DNA from: Phycisphaera mikurensis NBRC 102666
Lineage (GTDB): Bacteria > Planctomycetota > Phycisphaerae > Phycisphaerales > Phycisphaeraceae
Assembly (NCBI RefSeq): GCF_000284115.1
Contig: NC_017080.1
Location: forward strand, 1,170,001-1,202,000
Reading direction: 5' to 3'
DNA: 32,000 nucleotides
The notes beneath the pieces were generated by a model. That model was given only the letters and a program-made list of their open reading frames with translations, searched no databases and had not been told where the DNA came from. Made by a program: the position numbers and the translations under genes. Numbering within the stretch: the stretch's first letter is position 1; each line of letters begins with the position of its first letter. Positions 1 to 9,146 of this stretch are shown piece after piece.

Positions 1-2
1 AC

Positions 3-1637
3 CGCGTGACGACGCGGCTCCGCGTCGATGGCCGGGTGGTCGACGCGCGGGAGGACCGCTTCGGGGTGCGGCACGTCGCCTTCGACGCGGCGACCGGCAT
101 GAAGCTCAACGGGGAGCCGCTCAAGCTCAAGGGCGTCTGCTGCCATCCCGACCACGCCGGCGTCGGCTCCGCCCTGCCCGACGACCTGCAGGTGTGGCGG
201 CTCGAGAAGCTGCGCGAGCTGGGCTGCAACGCGTACCGCGCGGCCCACAACCCGCCGACGCCGGAGGTTCTGGAGGCGTGCGACCGCCTGGGGATCCTCG
301 TCATCGACGAGGCCCGCGTCTTCGGCGTCGGCGAGGAGCACCTCGGACAGCTGGAGTCGATGATCCGCCGCGACCGCAACCACCCCTGCGTCATCCTCTG
401 GTCGCTGGCGAACGAGGAGATGCAGGTGCAGTGCACGCCCGTGGGCGCCCGGATGCTCAAGACGGCCCTGCGGCGGGCCCGCCGGCTCGACGCGACCCGC
501 GGCTTCACCACCGCGGTGAACACCGGGTGGGACGGCGAGGTCGGGTTCATCGAGCACGCCGACGTCCACGGCATCAACTACTTCGGCAACGGCGACATCG
601 ACGAGCTCCGCCGCGTGCGCCCCGACGTGCCGGTGATCCTCTCCGAAGGCGCGAGCGCCATCTGCACCCGCGGGGCGTACGCCAACGATCCCGCTGCGGG
701 TTACGTCGCCGAGTACGACGACCACACGCCGCCGCCGGCCCACCCGCAGCTGATGCAGTGGCCGCACTGGGGCCGCTGTGCCGGGGACTCCTGGCGTCAG
801 GTCGCCGCCCGCGCCGACGTCGCCGGCACCTTCGTCTGGACGGGCTTCGACTACCGGGGGGAGCAGACGCCCTACCAGCGTTGGCCCGGCACGGGCTCGC
901 ACTTCGGCATCTACGACAGCTGCGGCTTCCCCAAGGACGGGACCTCCTACTACAGGGCTTGGTGGTCGGGCGAGCCCGTGCTGCACGTCTTCCCGCACTG
1001 GAGCTGGCCGGGCCGCGAGGGGGAGACGATCGACGTGTGGGCCTACAGCAACGCCGCGACGGTCGAGCTGTTCTGCAACGGCCGTTCGTGCGGCGAGCGG
1101 AGCATCCCGCGGAACGGGCACGCGTCGTGGCCGGTTCCTTACGAGGCCGGCGAGCTGTCGGCGGTCGCCCGCTGGGCCGACGGATCGGAGCGTCGGGCGG
1201 TCGTCGAGACCGCCGGCCCGGCGGTGGGCCTGCGGCTGGAGCGGGTCGCGCCCGAGCTGAGGCTCGCAACGACGCCGGTGCTCGCGGGCGATCCGCAGCC
1301 CCGGACGCTCGGCATCGTCCAGGTCGCCGTCGTCGACGCCGCCGGCCGCACCGTGCCCACAGCGATGGACCGCCTGACCTTCTCGCTCGACGGCGGGGCG
1401 GTCCTGCTCGGCTTGGGCAACGGCGACCCCAACGCCGACGGCATCGAGGCCCCGCGTTCCGCCACCGCCGAACGCGGCGCCTTCCACGGCCTGGCCCAGG
1501 CGCTGGTCGGCCTCGCCGCGGGCACCCCCGCGGTGCTGCGGGTGGCTGCCCCGGGCCTGGAGGCCGGCGAGCTCCTCCTCGACGCGGAGACCGCCGTCTC
1601 CACCGCCGCCCCGCGGACCGAGCGGGTTACCGGCTGA
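3..1637 (+). CDS. Glycoside hydrolase family 2 (beta-galactosidase/beta-glucuronidase-like), 5'-truncated by window edge
   Basis: The frame is open to the window start. Motifs NHPCVILWSLANEE (GH2 acid/base region) and FVWTGFDYRGEQTPY...FGIYDSCGFPKDGTSYY are typical of GH2 catalytic and following domains. Stop TGA at 1635-1637. Confidence 0.85.
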   Translation, partial: RVTTRLRVDGRVVDAREDRFGVRHVAFDAATGMKLNGEPLKLKGVCCHPDHAGVGSALPDDLQVWRLEKLRELGCNAYRAAHNPPTPEVLEACDRLGILVIDEARVFGVGEEHLGQLESMIRRDRNHPCVILWSLANEEMQVQCTPVGARMLKTALRRARRLDATRGFTTAVNTGWDGEVGFIEHADVHGINYFGNGDIDELRRVRPDVPVILSEGASAICTRGAYANDPAAGYVAEYDDHTPPPAHPQLMQWPHWGRCAGDSWRQVAARADVAGTFVWTGFDYRGEQTPYQRWPGTGSHFGIYDSCGFPKDGTSYYRAWWSGEPVLHVFPHWSWPGREGETIDVWAYSNAATVELFCNGRSCGERSIPRNGHASWPVPYEAGELSAVARWADGSERRAVVETAGPAVGLRLERVAPELRLATTPVLAGDPQPRTLGIVQVAVVDAAGRTVPTAMDRLTFSLDGGAVLLGLGNGDPNADGIEAPRSATAERGAFHGLAQALVGLAAGTPAVLRVAAPGLEAGELLLDAETAVSTAAPRTERVTG

Positions 1638-1660
1638 TCGAGCCCGCGGTCCGCGGAGAC

Positions 1661-1677
1661 CTCGCGGCCCCCGCGAG
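1661..1677. terminator. Short GC hairpin (CTCGCGG-ccc-CCGCGAG) between convergent genes
   Basis: 7-bp perfect stem with a 3-nt loop in the 57-nt gap between the GH2 stop (1637) and the BNR gene stop (1695). No U-tract and the loop is tight, so support is weak. Confidence 0.25.
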
Positions 1678-1694
1678 ACCGACGGGCTCCGGCG

Positions 1695-3899
1695 TCAATC
1701 GGCCCGGACGTGCCGCCAAACGCCGAAGCAGCCGGTGGTGACGATGAGGTCGCCGGTGTGCGGGTCCACGCGGACGGTCTGCGGCTCGCGGCCGCCGTCG
1801 AGCCCGTCGCCCGCGTCGCCGCCGCGGGCGAGCGGATCGGTGCGGTTGAGGTTCTCCCAGGTCGCGCCGCCATCGGTGCTGCGGAGCACGCCGGCGTCGG
1901 CGGTCTGCGTGTCCATGCGCTGGCCCGCGAAGACGCGGGAGCCGTCGGCGGGGTCGACGGCGACGGTGCGGACGCGGTGCTCGCCGGTGCCCACCGGCGG
2001 GGTGTCCACCAGCAGCAGCGGGTTGCCCAGCACCGCGGAGCGGTCGGCGTCGGGCAGGATCTTCCAGAGCCGGCCCTGGGTGACGATAAAGAGCCGGTCG
2101 CCCTCGGGCGTGGCGGCGGCGTCTTCCAGGGCGGCGGGAATCGTCATCAAGACCTCCCAGGTCTCGCCGCCGTCGGCGCTGCGGACGACGTCGTTCTCCG
2201 CGGAGCCGGGTCGCTGGAAGCCGCCGTAGAGGCGTCCGCGGGCGTCGGCGGCGAAGACGCCGCTGCAGCCGTCCATCCGCTCCCAGGTCTGGCCGCCGTC
2301 GGCGGTCCGCAGCGGGCCGGTGAAGGCGATCTCCGGGTCGCCGGGGTGCGAGAAGCCGCTGTCCTCGCCGTAGTTGGGTGATTCCCGATCGCCCACCCAG
2401 ACCGGGGCTTCGGGCACCGGGCTCCACGTGGCCCCGCCGTCGGTGCTGCGCTGCAGCACGCGCGGGCTGCCCCAGCCGCCGGTGGCCAGGCCGGTGACGA
2501 TCACCTCCGGGGAGATCGCCAGGCCGCCGTAGCAGAAGCCGCCCCACTCCAGCCCGCTCACCGGCGTGTACCGCCAGGTCGCGCCGCCGTCGTGGGTCAC
2601 GCCGCCGTTGTAGTCCTGGCTCGGCAGGAACCAGAGGCCCGCGTGGTGCGGGTTCACGTTGAAGCGGCCGGCGATGTAGATCGCGTTCTGCCCATCGCCG
2701 CTCCAGCGGAAGGTCTCGCCGCCGTCGTCGCTGGCGGTCGGCCAGTCGCCGCCGAAGGACAGCACGCGGTCGGGGTCGGTGGGGTGCCAGGCGTACACGC
2801 CCTCGCGGGCGTTCTGCGGCATGAAGGCGGTGCCGGGATCGACCGCGGCGTCGGCCCAGGTCCGCCCGCCGTCGTGGCTCACGTGCCGGCCGAAGAGGTA
2901 GTCGTCGGCCGCGGTGGTCACCAGCACGCGGTCCGGATCGGCGGGGCTGACGGCGGGCAGCTGGAAGCGCACGCCGCTGCGGCCCGCGTCGTCGACGACG
3001 GTGCCGCCCTCGGTCCGCGGGTTGCCGAGCCCCGCGCGGCCGGACTCCGCCCAGCTCTCGCCGCCGTCGGTGGAGGCCATGATCCCGTCGGGCCGGGTCA
3101 TCCACAGCCGGCCGTCGGGGCCGGCGGCCAGGCCGGTGCAGGGCCGGTCGAGCACGCGGCGGAAGCTCTCGCCGCGGTCGTCGCTGACGAATACGCCACG
3201 CTCGTTGCCGGCGAGGAGCCGGCCGGTCGTCGGATGGACGGCCAGCGAACTGTGGCCGGCGACGTCGCTGGCCGCGTCGTTGAGCCGCGTCCAGGTGCGG
3301 CCGCCGTCGCCGGAGCGGTAGAGGCCGGGCAGGTACTCGAACTCGCCCCAGTTCTCGCGGTTGAACTCCTCGGTCCGCGACCAGTAGACCACGCGCGTGA
3401 GGCTCGCGGCGTCGTCGCGGGTGGTCGGATCGAAGACGATCTTCTGCCGGCGGTCGCGGAAGTTCGACAGCGCGGCGCGGAAGACCGGCCGCCAGGAGGC
3501 GGCGCGGTCCTCGGAGAGGTAGAGGCCGTTGACGGCCGAGCCCATCGAGTTCATCCCGTCGCTGAGCACGCGGGCGGGGAAGTGCGGGTCGATCGCCACG
3601 TCGCTGCTGCCGCGCGGCGTGTGGCCGACGTTGCACGGCTCCCACGTCGTCCCGCCGTCGAGGCTGCGCCACATCCCGCCGACGTCGGTGGTGAAGAGCG
3701 CGAGCCCGCCGTCGGTCTTGTCCATCGCGACGTCGTACGGCCACTGGCAGCCCTCGCCGCCGAAGCGGGCGCCGGCGTCGAGCGCGGCCTGGGTGACCAG
3801 CGGGATGCGCTGCCAGCCGGCGGGTTCGGCGGCGGCGGGATGCGGCGGAAGGCCGACGGCGGCCAGCGCGATCGGCACGAGTCGGCGGAGGTTTCTCAT
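1695..3899 (-). CDS. Secreted BNR/Asp-box repeat beta-propeller protein (GH74/sialidase-like glycoside hydrolase candidate)
   Basis: About 11 Asp-box motifs of the S-x-D-x-G-x-T-W type (SLDGGTTWE, SGDGGRTWT, STDGGESWA, SHDGGRTWA, THDGGATWR, STDGGATWS, TADGGQTWE, SADGGETWE, STDGGATWE and others). Start taken at ATG 3899 (MRNLRRLVPIALAAVGL..., signal-peptide-like) rather than the ORF-track start 3956. Confidence 0.7.
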   Translation of the reverse strand: MRNLRRLVPIALAAVGLPPHPAAAEPAGWQRIPLVTQAALDAGARFGGEGCQWPYDVAMDKTDGGLALFTTDVGGMWRSLDGGTTWEPCNVGHTPRGSSDVAIDPHFPARVLSDGMNSMGSAVNGLYLSEDRAASWRPVFRAALSNFRDRRQKIVFDPTTRDDAASLTRVVYWSRTEEFNRENWGEFEYLPGLYRSGDGGRTWTRLNDAASDVAGHSSLAVHPTTGRLLAGNERGVFVSDDRGESFRRVLDRPCTGLAAGPDGRLWMTRPDGIMASTDGGESWAESGRAGLGNPRTEGGTVVDDAGRSGVRFQLPAVSPADPDRVLVTTAADDYLFGRHVSHDGGRTWADAAVDPGTAFMPQNAREGVYAWHPTDPDRVLSFGGDWPTASDDGGETFRWSGDGQNAIYIAGRFNVNPHHAGLWFLPSQDYNGGVTHDGGATWRYTPVSGLEWGGFCYGGLAISPEVIVTGLATGGWGSPRVLQRSTDGGATWSPVPEAPVWVGDRESPNYGEDSGFSHPGDPEIAFTGPLRTADGGQTWERMDGCSGVFAADARGRLYGGFQRPGSAENDVVRSADGGETWEVLMTIPAALEDAAATPEGDRLFIVTQGRLWKILPDADRSAVLGNPLLLVDTPPVGTGEHRVRTVAVDPADGSRVFAGQRMDTQTADAGVLRSTDGGATWENLNRTDPLARGGDAGDGLDGGREPQTVRVDPHTGDLIVTTGCFGVWRHVRAD

Positions 3900-3999
3900 C
3901 GAATGAAGGTCGTGCGGGGGCGGGGCAGGCGCCGCGTGCGGAGCCGGCGACCACATCCGGGCCGGAGCGCGGCAGGAAGGATCGCCGGCGCGGCGAGGA

Positions 4000-4821
4000 T
4001 CACGGCCGCCGGACGCGCGTCATCGAGATGGGCACCGCGCCGAACACCATGTTCTCGACGTGGCCGTCGCCGAAGACGGCGTTGGCGTAGGTGTCGCCGC
4101 CGTGGCGGAAGCGGACGTGGCCGCCGTTCTGGGCCTGCGGGGTGTCGGTGTTGTCGCCCATGTCCGCCAGGTCGGTGGGGTTGTCGCCGGCGGTGAGCAC
4201 GAGGCCCTGGTAGAAGATGCGGTTGCCGTCGGTGCGGTTGGCCAGCGGATTCACCGAGTTGCCCTCGTCTGGCCGCTGCACGCCGTCGGCGACGACGAAC
4301 AGCTCGGAGGGAGCGATCATCCGCTCGATGGGGTACGTGTCGAAGTTGCCCGACGCGAACGCCCACGTGTCGCCCGCGTTGATGTCCGGCAGCAGCCGCG
4401 GGTGCGCGCTGTAGTGATTGCCCACCGGTCCGCCGGGGCCCTCCTCCGCCTCGCCGCACTGGAGCACCTTGGCTCGCTGCTGAGCAACGGAGGCCCCCAC
4501 CTCGCTGCCGCCCATGTAGCCGTCGGGCAGGATGAAGGTCCAGTCCTCGTAGGCCGGCGTCGGGCCGTAGTGGGCGACGCCCGGCGGCATGGTGCCGTAG
4601 TCGACGTCGTACGCGGCGAGGCCGATGCCCACCTGCTTCAGGTTGCTGGCGCAGGCGGCGGCGCGTCCGGCCGCGCGGGCGGCGCCCAGCGCCGGCAGCA
4701 GGATGCCGATCAAGAGCGCGATGATCGAGATCACCACCAGCAGCTCGATCAGCGTGAAGGCGCGGCGGGCGGCGGAGGGGCCGGCGGCAGCCCGCGAGCG
4801 GAGGGGGGTGGGGTTTCTCAT
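4000..4821 (-). CDS. Prepilin-type N-terminal cleavage/methylation domain protein, DUF1559 / H-X9-DG-like family (pseudopilin-like)
   Basis: N-terminus ...[31 protein letters not shown] is the type IV pilin/pseudopilin leader plus hydrophobic helix. The C-terminal [19 protein letters not shown] resembles the H-X9-DG motif, but with 11-residue spacing. Confidence 0.85.
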   Translation of the reverse strand: MRNPTPLRSRAAAGPSAARRAFTLIELLVVISIIALLIGILLPALGAARAAGRAAACASNLKQVGIGLAAYDVDYGTMPPGVAHYGPTPAYEDWTFILPDGYMGGSEVGASVAQQRAKVLQCGEAEEGPGGPVGNHYSAHPRLLPDINAGDTWAFASGNFDTYPIERMIAPSELFVVADGVQRPDEGNSVNPLANRTDGNRIFYQGLVLTAGDNPTDLADMGDNTDTPQAQNGGHVRFRHGGDTYANAVFGDGHVENMVFGAVPISMTRVRRP

Positions 4822-4905
4822 GGCGTCACCGGAGGCGGTGGGGAGGGGGGTGGAAGCGGAAAGGCGGGTGAACCGCGGTGGCGGCTCCGTCGACGCGGCG
4901 GCGGC

Positions 4906-5643
4906 TCAGCCGGGCTCGGCGGGCAGGCTCGTCACGCGGAGCGTGAAGTCGTCGAACGACTCGTGCCCGGTGGGCTGGAGCAGGAGGCCGGCGGCATCGA
5001 GCGTGCCCGCCGGCAGCGCGACCGGCGGGGCGGCGGTGTCCAGCCCCATCGTGGTGCCGGGCAGGAAAGAGAGCGGGACCCAGGCCCGGCCGGCGACGTC
5101 GAGCGTGTGGCGGGTCGCGGCCGAGGCGAAGGCACGCCCGCGCGCGGCGGCCGCCGGGCGGAAGGCTTCGGCGGTGGCGAACCAGCGGCCGTCCACGCGG
5201 GCGGTGAAGCGGACGGCGTCGGCCTGGCTGAGCTGCGCGTCGACGGAGGCGTCCGCCAGCGGCGTACTGGAGAGGTCGATCGCCACCTCCTCGGTGAGGT
5301 AGTGGGTGAAGCCGTTCCACCACGGGTCGCCGCCGGGCGCGGCCGGGCCGAGGGTGTTGGAGAGGAAGCCGGGCTCGCTCTCGCCCCCGCCCTCGCCCCC
5401 GCTCCCGGCTTCGGGGCTCACGAGGCTCGCCGTCGCGGCGTTGTCCGCCTGGTCGTGGCCCTCGTTGCCGAGGTGGTAGGACCAGCCGACCGCGGCGAGC
5501 GGCCGGGGCGAGCCGGTGCCGTTTGCGAAGTCTTCGTGGTAGGCCACGGCCGGGGCGGAGGCGGGCCCGGCCGCGGCGAGCGAGGCGCAAGCGGCCGCGG
5601 CGACGAGCGGGAGCAGGGCGGGCTGGGAGCGGAGCCGGGGCAT
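4906..5643 (-). CDS. Secreted hypothetical protein, ends in ...FDDFTLRVTSLPAEPG
   Basis: N-terminal signal peptide MPRLRSQPALLPLVAAAACASLAAAG. Located directly upstream (84 nt) and co-directional with the DUF1559 gene. No family recognised. Confidence 0.55.
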   Translation of the reverse strand: MPRLRSQPALLPLVAAAACASLAAAGPASAPAVAYHEDFANGTGSPRPLAAVGWSYHLGNEGHDQADNAATASLVSPEAGSGGEGGGESEPGFLSNTLGPAAPGGDPWWNGFTHYLTEEVAIDLSSTPLADASVDAQLSQADAVRFTARVDGRWFATAEAFRPAAAARGRAFASAATRHTLDVAGRAWVPLSFLPGTTMGLDTAAPPVALPAGTLDAAGLLLQPTGHESFDDFTLRVTSLPAEPG

Positions 5644-5680
5644 GCAGCAGAACGCGGAAGAAGGCGGCGAGAGAGACCCT

Positions 5681-6940
5681 TCAGATGCGGCGGACGGTGT
5701 TGCCGTCGTGCCAGCGCATCGGCAGACGGGTCAGCGATGGCGGCGGGTGGCCGGCGAGCCAGCCGCGGGCCTGCTCGGCGAGCTGCGCCCCGATCTCGCG
5801 CAGGGGCGTGGCGGCGCCGCTGGCGTCGGGGCTGAGCAGCCGGGTGACGCCGGGGTGCTGGCGGTCGATGACGGCGACGCTGAGGTCCTCGGGGATCCGA
5901 AGCCGGCCGGCGCGGGCGAGGTGGCCGAGGTTCTCCGCCGGGGCGTAGTGGCCGCAGATGACCGCCGTCGGCCGGGCGTGGTCGATCCAGGCGAGCAGCG
6001 CCTCGTCGGTGCGGGAGGAACGCAGGTCGGCCTCGCGGGACGGGAGCCAGTGCATGAGCGCCTCCTCGGCGTCCGCCCCCAGCTCGCGGCAGGAGGTAAG
6101 CCACTGCTCGTGCCGCTCGAAGACCCACGGTCCGTTCCAACGCCGCATCGCCATCCCGATGCGGCGGTGCCCCCGCTCCACCAGCTCGCGGACGACCATC
6201 GCCACGCCGGAGCGGTTGTCCTCGCAGGTCCGCGGAGCGTCGAGTTCGGGGAACATCGTGCCCGCGACCAGGCACCTCATCCCGCGCTCGGCGGCCACCC
6301 GCACGAGCATCGCGTCGTCGGGGCTCGCCGAGAGGCAGACCAGCACGTCGGGCGCCGCCTCCTCCAGCCGGGCGATCGAGGCGGTGAGGGAATCCGCGTA
6401 GCCGGCGAGCAGCTCGATGCGCACCGGCCGGGTGTCCGCGGCGTCGGTGTCTGGAGCCTCGGACGCGGCGCCGGCTGCGGGGCCGTGCAGCCCCGAGACG
6501 CCCCGCATCACGTCGCCGGTGAACCAGTCGTGCGCCGGATCGCGGCCGTTGAAGGCCAGCACCCCCAGCCGCAGCGGCGCGGCGGCGCCGCGGACCGCGG
6601 GGCCCGCGACCGCTTCAGGCCCGCGGTCCGCGGCTTGGGTGCGACCCACGTAGGTGCCCCGGCCCGCGCAACGCCGCAGCCACCCGCCGTCCCGCAGCCC
6701 GCCCAGGGCCCGGCGGACGCTCGACCGGGAGAGCCCCGTGGCGGCCACCAGCTCCTCGTCGGTGAAGAAGCGGTCGCCCGCCGAGAATCCGCCCCCGCGG
6801 AGCAGGCCGCGGACGCGCTCGCCGAGCTGCTCCACCGAGCCGCGCTGCGGGTAGGGCCGGCCGAGCACGCCCAGAGCGTCGGCGATCGTGTCGCCCGCGG
6901 GCTCGGTGCCCGGAGCATCCTCGGAGAGAGTCTGAATCAT
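5681..6940 (-). CDS. Transcriptional regulator, GntR-type winged HTH fused to LacI/PBP1-type sugar-binding domain
   Basis: GDRFFTDEELVAATGLSRSSVRRALGGLRDGGWLRRCAGRGTYV matches the GntR HTH signature. CEDNRSGVAMVVRELVERGHRRIG and IPEDLSVAVID are typical of periplasmic-binding-protein type 1 effector domains. Start at ATG 6940 (MIQTLSED) is preferred, but 7012 is possible. Confidence 0.8.
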   Translation of the reverse strand: MIQTLSEDAPGTEPAGDTIADALGVLGRPYPQRGSVEQLGERVRGLLRGGGFSAGDRFFTDEELVAATGLSRSSVRRALGGLRDGGWLRRCAGRGTYVGRTQAADRGPEAVAGPAVRGAAAPLRLGVLAFNGRDPAHDWFTGDVMRGVSGLHGPAAGAASEAPDTDAADTRPVRIELLAGYADSLTASIARLEEAAPDVLVCLSASPDDAMLVRVAAERGMRCLVAGTMFPELDAPRTCEDNRSGVAMVVRELVERGHRRIGMAMRRWNGPWVFERHEQWLTSCRELGADAEEALMHWLPSREADLRSSRTDEALLAWIDHARPTAVICGHYAPAENLGHLARAGRLRIPEDLSVAVIDRQHPGVTRLLSPDASGAATPLREIGAQLAEQARGWLAGHPPPSLTRLPMRWHDGNTVRRI

Positions 6941-7027
6941 GGTGGGGGGCGGCTCCCGCGTGGAAGAAGAGCCGGAAAGCCGCTCGCCCGCGGTGGCGGG
7001 CGAGCGGTGCAAGAGGCGGAGGCTCGC

Positions 7028-7657
7028 TCAGGCGCGCCGGCGCAGCAGCGCGAACGCCCCGAGGCCCAGCAGCGCCAGCGAGCCGGGCTCGGGGATGACG
7101 TCGACCCGGAGGTCGTCGACGTTGATCGTCTGGTCGGTGCCGAGGTTTTCGATTCGGATCCCCACGGATGCCGTGTTCGTCGGCGCGATCGCACCGGCCA
7201 GGCTGAGGTTCTGCTGGTAGTTGAAGGCGGGAGCGGTCGCGAGGAAGGTGTCGCTCTCGGACCCGATCAGCGTCCCGCTGGCGTCGAAGAACTCGATGGC
7301 GGCCGTGATGCCCGGCCCGGCACCTTCGGTCCGGCCGCTGAACAGCAGCGAGTACTCCTCACCCGCCGCCGCGGCGGGGCGGTCGCCCGCGTCCGTGGTC
7401 AGCGCGATGTTCTTGAAGTAGAAGTCGTTGGAGCCATCGACGGCGGGGTCGCTCGCGCGGCTGTTGTCGGTCCCGTAGAAGCCGCCGCCGGGGAGGAAGA
7501 CGACGTCGAAGCCCGGGACGGGCTGGGGCGAAGCGTTCGCGCTGGTGATGAAGCCGATGTTCTCGTCTTCGAAGCTGCCGTTGACGAGCGCCACCGGCGC
7601 GGCGGCGGCGGAGCAGGCGAGCGCGGTTGCCGACACGGCGGCGAGGGAGGGGAGCAT
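7028..7657 (-). CDS. PEP-CTERM sorting-domain protein with N-terminal lectin/CBM-like domain
   Basis: Signal peptide, then VNGSFEDENIG (CBM4_9/DUF642-like start). The C-terminus DDLRVDVIPEPGSLALLGLGAFALLRRRA is a canonical PEP motif, TM helix and Arg cluster. Start ATG 7657 is preferred over TTG 7681. Confidence 0.75.
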   Translation of the reverse strand: MLPSLAAVSATALACSAAAAPVALVNGSFEDENIGFITSANASPQPVPGFDVVFLPGGGFYGTDNSRASDPAVDGSNDFYFKNIALTTDAGDRPAAAAGEEYSLLFSGRTEGAGPGITAAIEFFDASGTLIGSESDTFLATAPAFNYQQNLSLAGAIAPTNTASVGIRIENLGTDQTINVDDLRVDVIPEPGSLALLGLGAFALLRRRA

Positions 7658-7771
7658 GCGGGCCAAGGGTGAACTCCTCAAAGTTCGGGGAAGGAAATGC
7701 GACCCCGCGGCGGTGCGGGGATGCGGAATACGCGGATCGAGATCGATGAGAGCCGGAGAACGAGCCTCTAG

Positions 7772-7783
7772 AGAACCTGTTCT
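7772..7783. promoter_or_regulatory. Inverted repeat AGAAC-CT-GTTCT in an AT-richer divergent intergenic region
   Basis: Seen at 7772-7783, about 115 nt upstream of the PEP-CTERM gene start (7657) in the 7658-7967 divergent region. It shares a GAAC/GTTC core with the palindrome at 15209-15222. Confidence 0.25.
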
Positions 7784-7967
7784 GAATCAATTCTAACCAC
7801 CCGCCGCCGCGGGTCAAGCGGGCGGCCGCTCGGAGCGGGGGCCGACACGCCGCCGCGCCGTTTGGGGAGCCGGTGCGGACCGAAGAAGGGCGCGGCTGCG
7901 GGCAAGCGGCGTCGCCGGCCCGGAGGCGCCGCCCCGGCCGCTCGCGGCGGGCGGGTAGCGTCGGGCG

Positions 7968-9146
7968 ATGCGTCAAGCCCCGCCGGCCGTGCTCCTGCTC
8001 CTGCTCCTGCTCCTGGCGTTTCTCCCGCTTGGTGCCTGCGCCGGCGCCGGCGGGGCGGGGGGCCCCGCGACGGCCCGCTTCGCCGCCTTCAACACGTCGC
8101 TCTCGGCGGAAGGCACGGCGGATTCGCCGGCGTACCTGGCGGCCGCGGAGGAGGCCAGCCCGCTCGCGGAGAAGGCCCGGGCGGTGGCGGCGGTGCTGCG
8201 GGCGGTGCGGCCGGACGTGGTCCTGCTCAGCGAGTTCGACGACGCGGGCGACGGCCGATCGATCGCCCGCCTCGTTGCGATGCTGCAGGAGGAGGGCGGA
8301 GCCGGCGGCGAGCCGCTGCAGTACACGGCGGCGTGGCACCCGCCGGTGAACACAGGCGAGCCCTCAGGCCTGGACCTCGACGCCGACGGAGCGGTGGGCG
8401 GCCCCGGCGACGCCTGGGGCTGGGGCACGTACCCGGGCCAGTTCGGGCTGCTGCTGCTCTCACGCTTCCCGATCGATGCGGCGGACGCGAGGAGCTTCCG
8501 CCTCGTGCGTTGGGCGGACCAGCCGGAGAACGCGATGCCGGCGGGCTTCTACCCCGCGGGGGTCGCGGAAGAGCTCCGCCTGTCGAGCAAGACGCACGCC
8601 GATGTCGGCGTGCGGGTGCCGCTGCCCGGCGGCGGCGAGCGCGAGGTCCGCGTGCTCGTCAGCCACCCCACGCCGCCGGTCTTCGACGGCCCCGAAGACC
8701 GCAACGGCCGCCGCAACGCCGACGAGATCCGCTTCTGGACGAGGTACCTCTCCGGGCCGGAGACCGCCGGGGTCCCGGCCGTCCTTCTCGGCGACCTCAA
8801 CGCCGACCCCTTCGACGGGGAGGGCGACCCCGCGGCGATCCGCGGCCTGCTCGCCGCCCCCGGCGTCCGCGGCGTGCCCACGCCAGCGAGCGCGGGCGGG
8901 CCCGCCGCGGCGGAGCGCGACGGCGGCGCGAACGCCACGCACCGCGGCCCGGCCGCGCACGACACCGCCGACTTCGGCGATGCGGGGCCGCACGGGCCGG
9001 GCAACCTCCGCGTCGACTACGCGTTGCCGGTCCGCCTCGAGCCGCTCGGGGCGGGCGTCTTCTGGCCGGCCGACGGCCCGATGGCCGAGGCCGCCGCGGC
9101 GGCCTCGGATCACCGGCTGGTGTGGGTGGACGTCCGGGTGGACTGA
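7968..9146 (+). CDS. Endonuclease/exonuclease/phosphatase (EEP) family protein, probable lipoprotein
   Basis: Leader LLLLLLLLAFLPLGAC (lipobox-like). EEP signatures VVLLSEFDD, VLVSHPTPPVF, LLGDLNADP and the C-terminal SDHRLVWVDV. Confidence 0.8.
   Translation: MRQAPPAVLLLLLLLLAFLPLGACAGAGGAGGPATARFAAFNTSLSAEGTADSPAYLAAAEEASPLAEKARAVAAVLRAVRPDVVLLSEFDDAGDGRSIARLVAMLQEEGGAGGEPLQYTAAWHPPVNTGEPSGLDLDADGAVGGPGDAWGWGTYPGQFGLLLLSRFPIDAADARSFRLVRWADQPENAMPAGFYPAGVAEELRLSSKTHADVGVRVPLPGGGEREVRVLVSHPTPPVFDGPEDRNGRRNADEIRFWTRYLSGPETAGVPAVLLGDLNADPFDGEGDPAAIRGLLAAPGVRGVPTPASAGGPAAAERDGGANATHRGPAAHDTADFGDAGPHGPGNLRVDYALPVRLEPLGAGVFWPADGPMAEAAAAASDHRLVWVDVRVD

Noticed and set aside
1644-1656. Recurring CCGCGGTCCGCGG motif at gene ends (also 18623-18635, 28812-28823 and partially 25989-25997), as a possible shared terminator or REP
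   Set aside because: The same 12-13-mer also occurs inside coding sequences: 6621-6633 in the regulator gene and 22775-22787 in the prenyltransferase-repeat gene. It is therefore more likely a compositional, SacII-site-rich by-product than a dedicated intergenic element. Genome-wide counts would be needed to revisit this.
9110-9146. 37-nt convergent overlap of the EEP gene 3' end with the PEP-CTERM gene, whose product extends 22 aa beyond the RRRR cluster
   Set aside because: Tail extension past the functional end is expected where stop codons are rare. The extra residues (GTGPAGRATRRQSTRTSTHTSR) look compositional. There is no evidence for antisense regulation.
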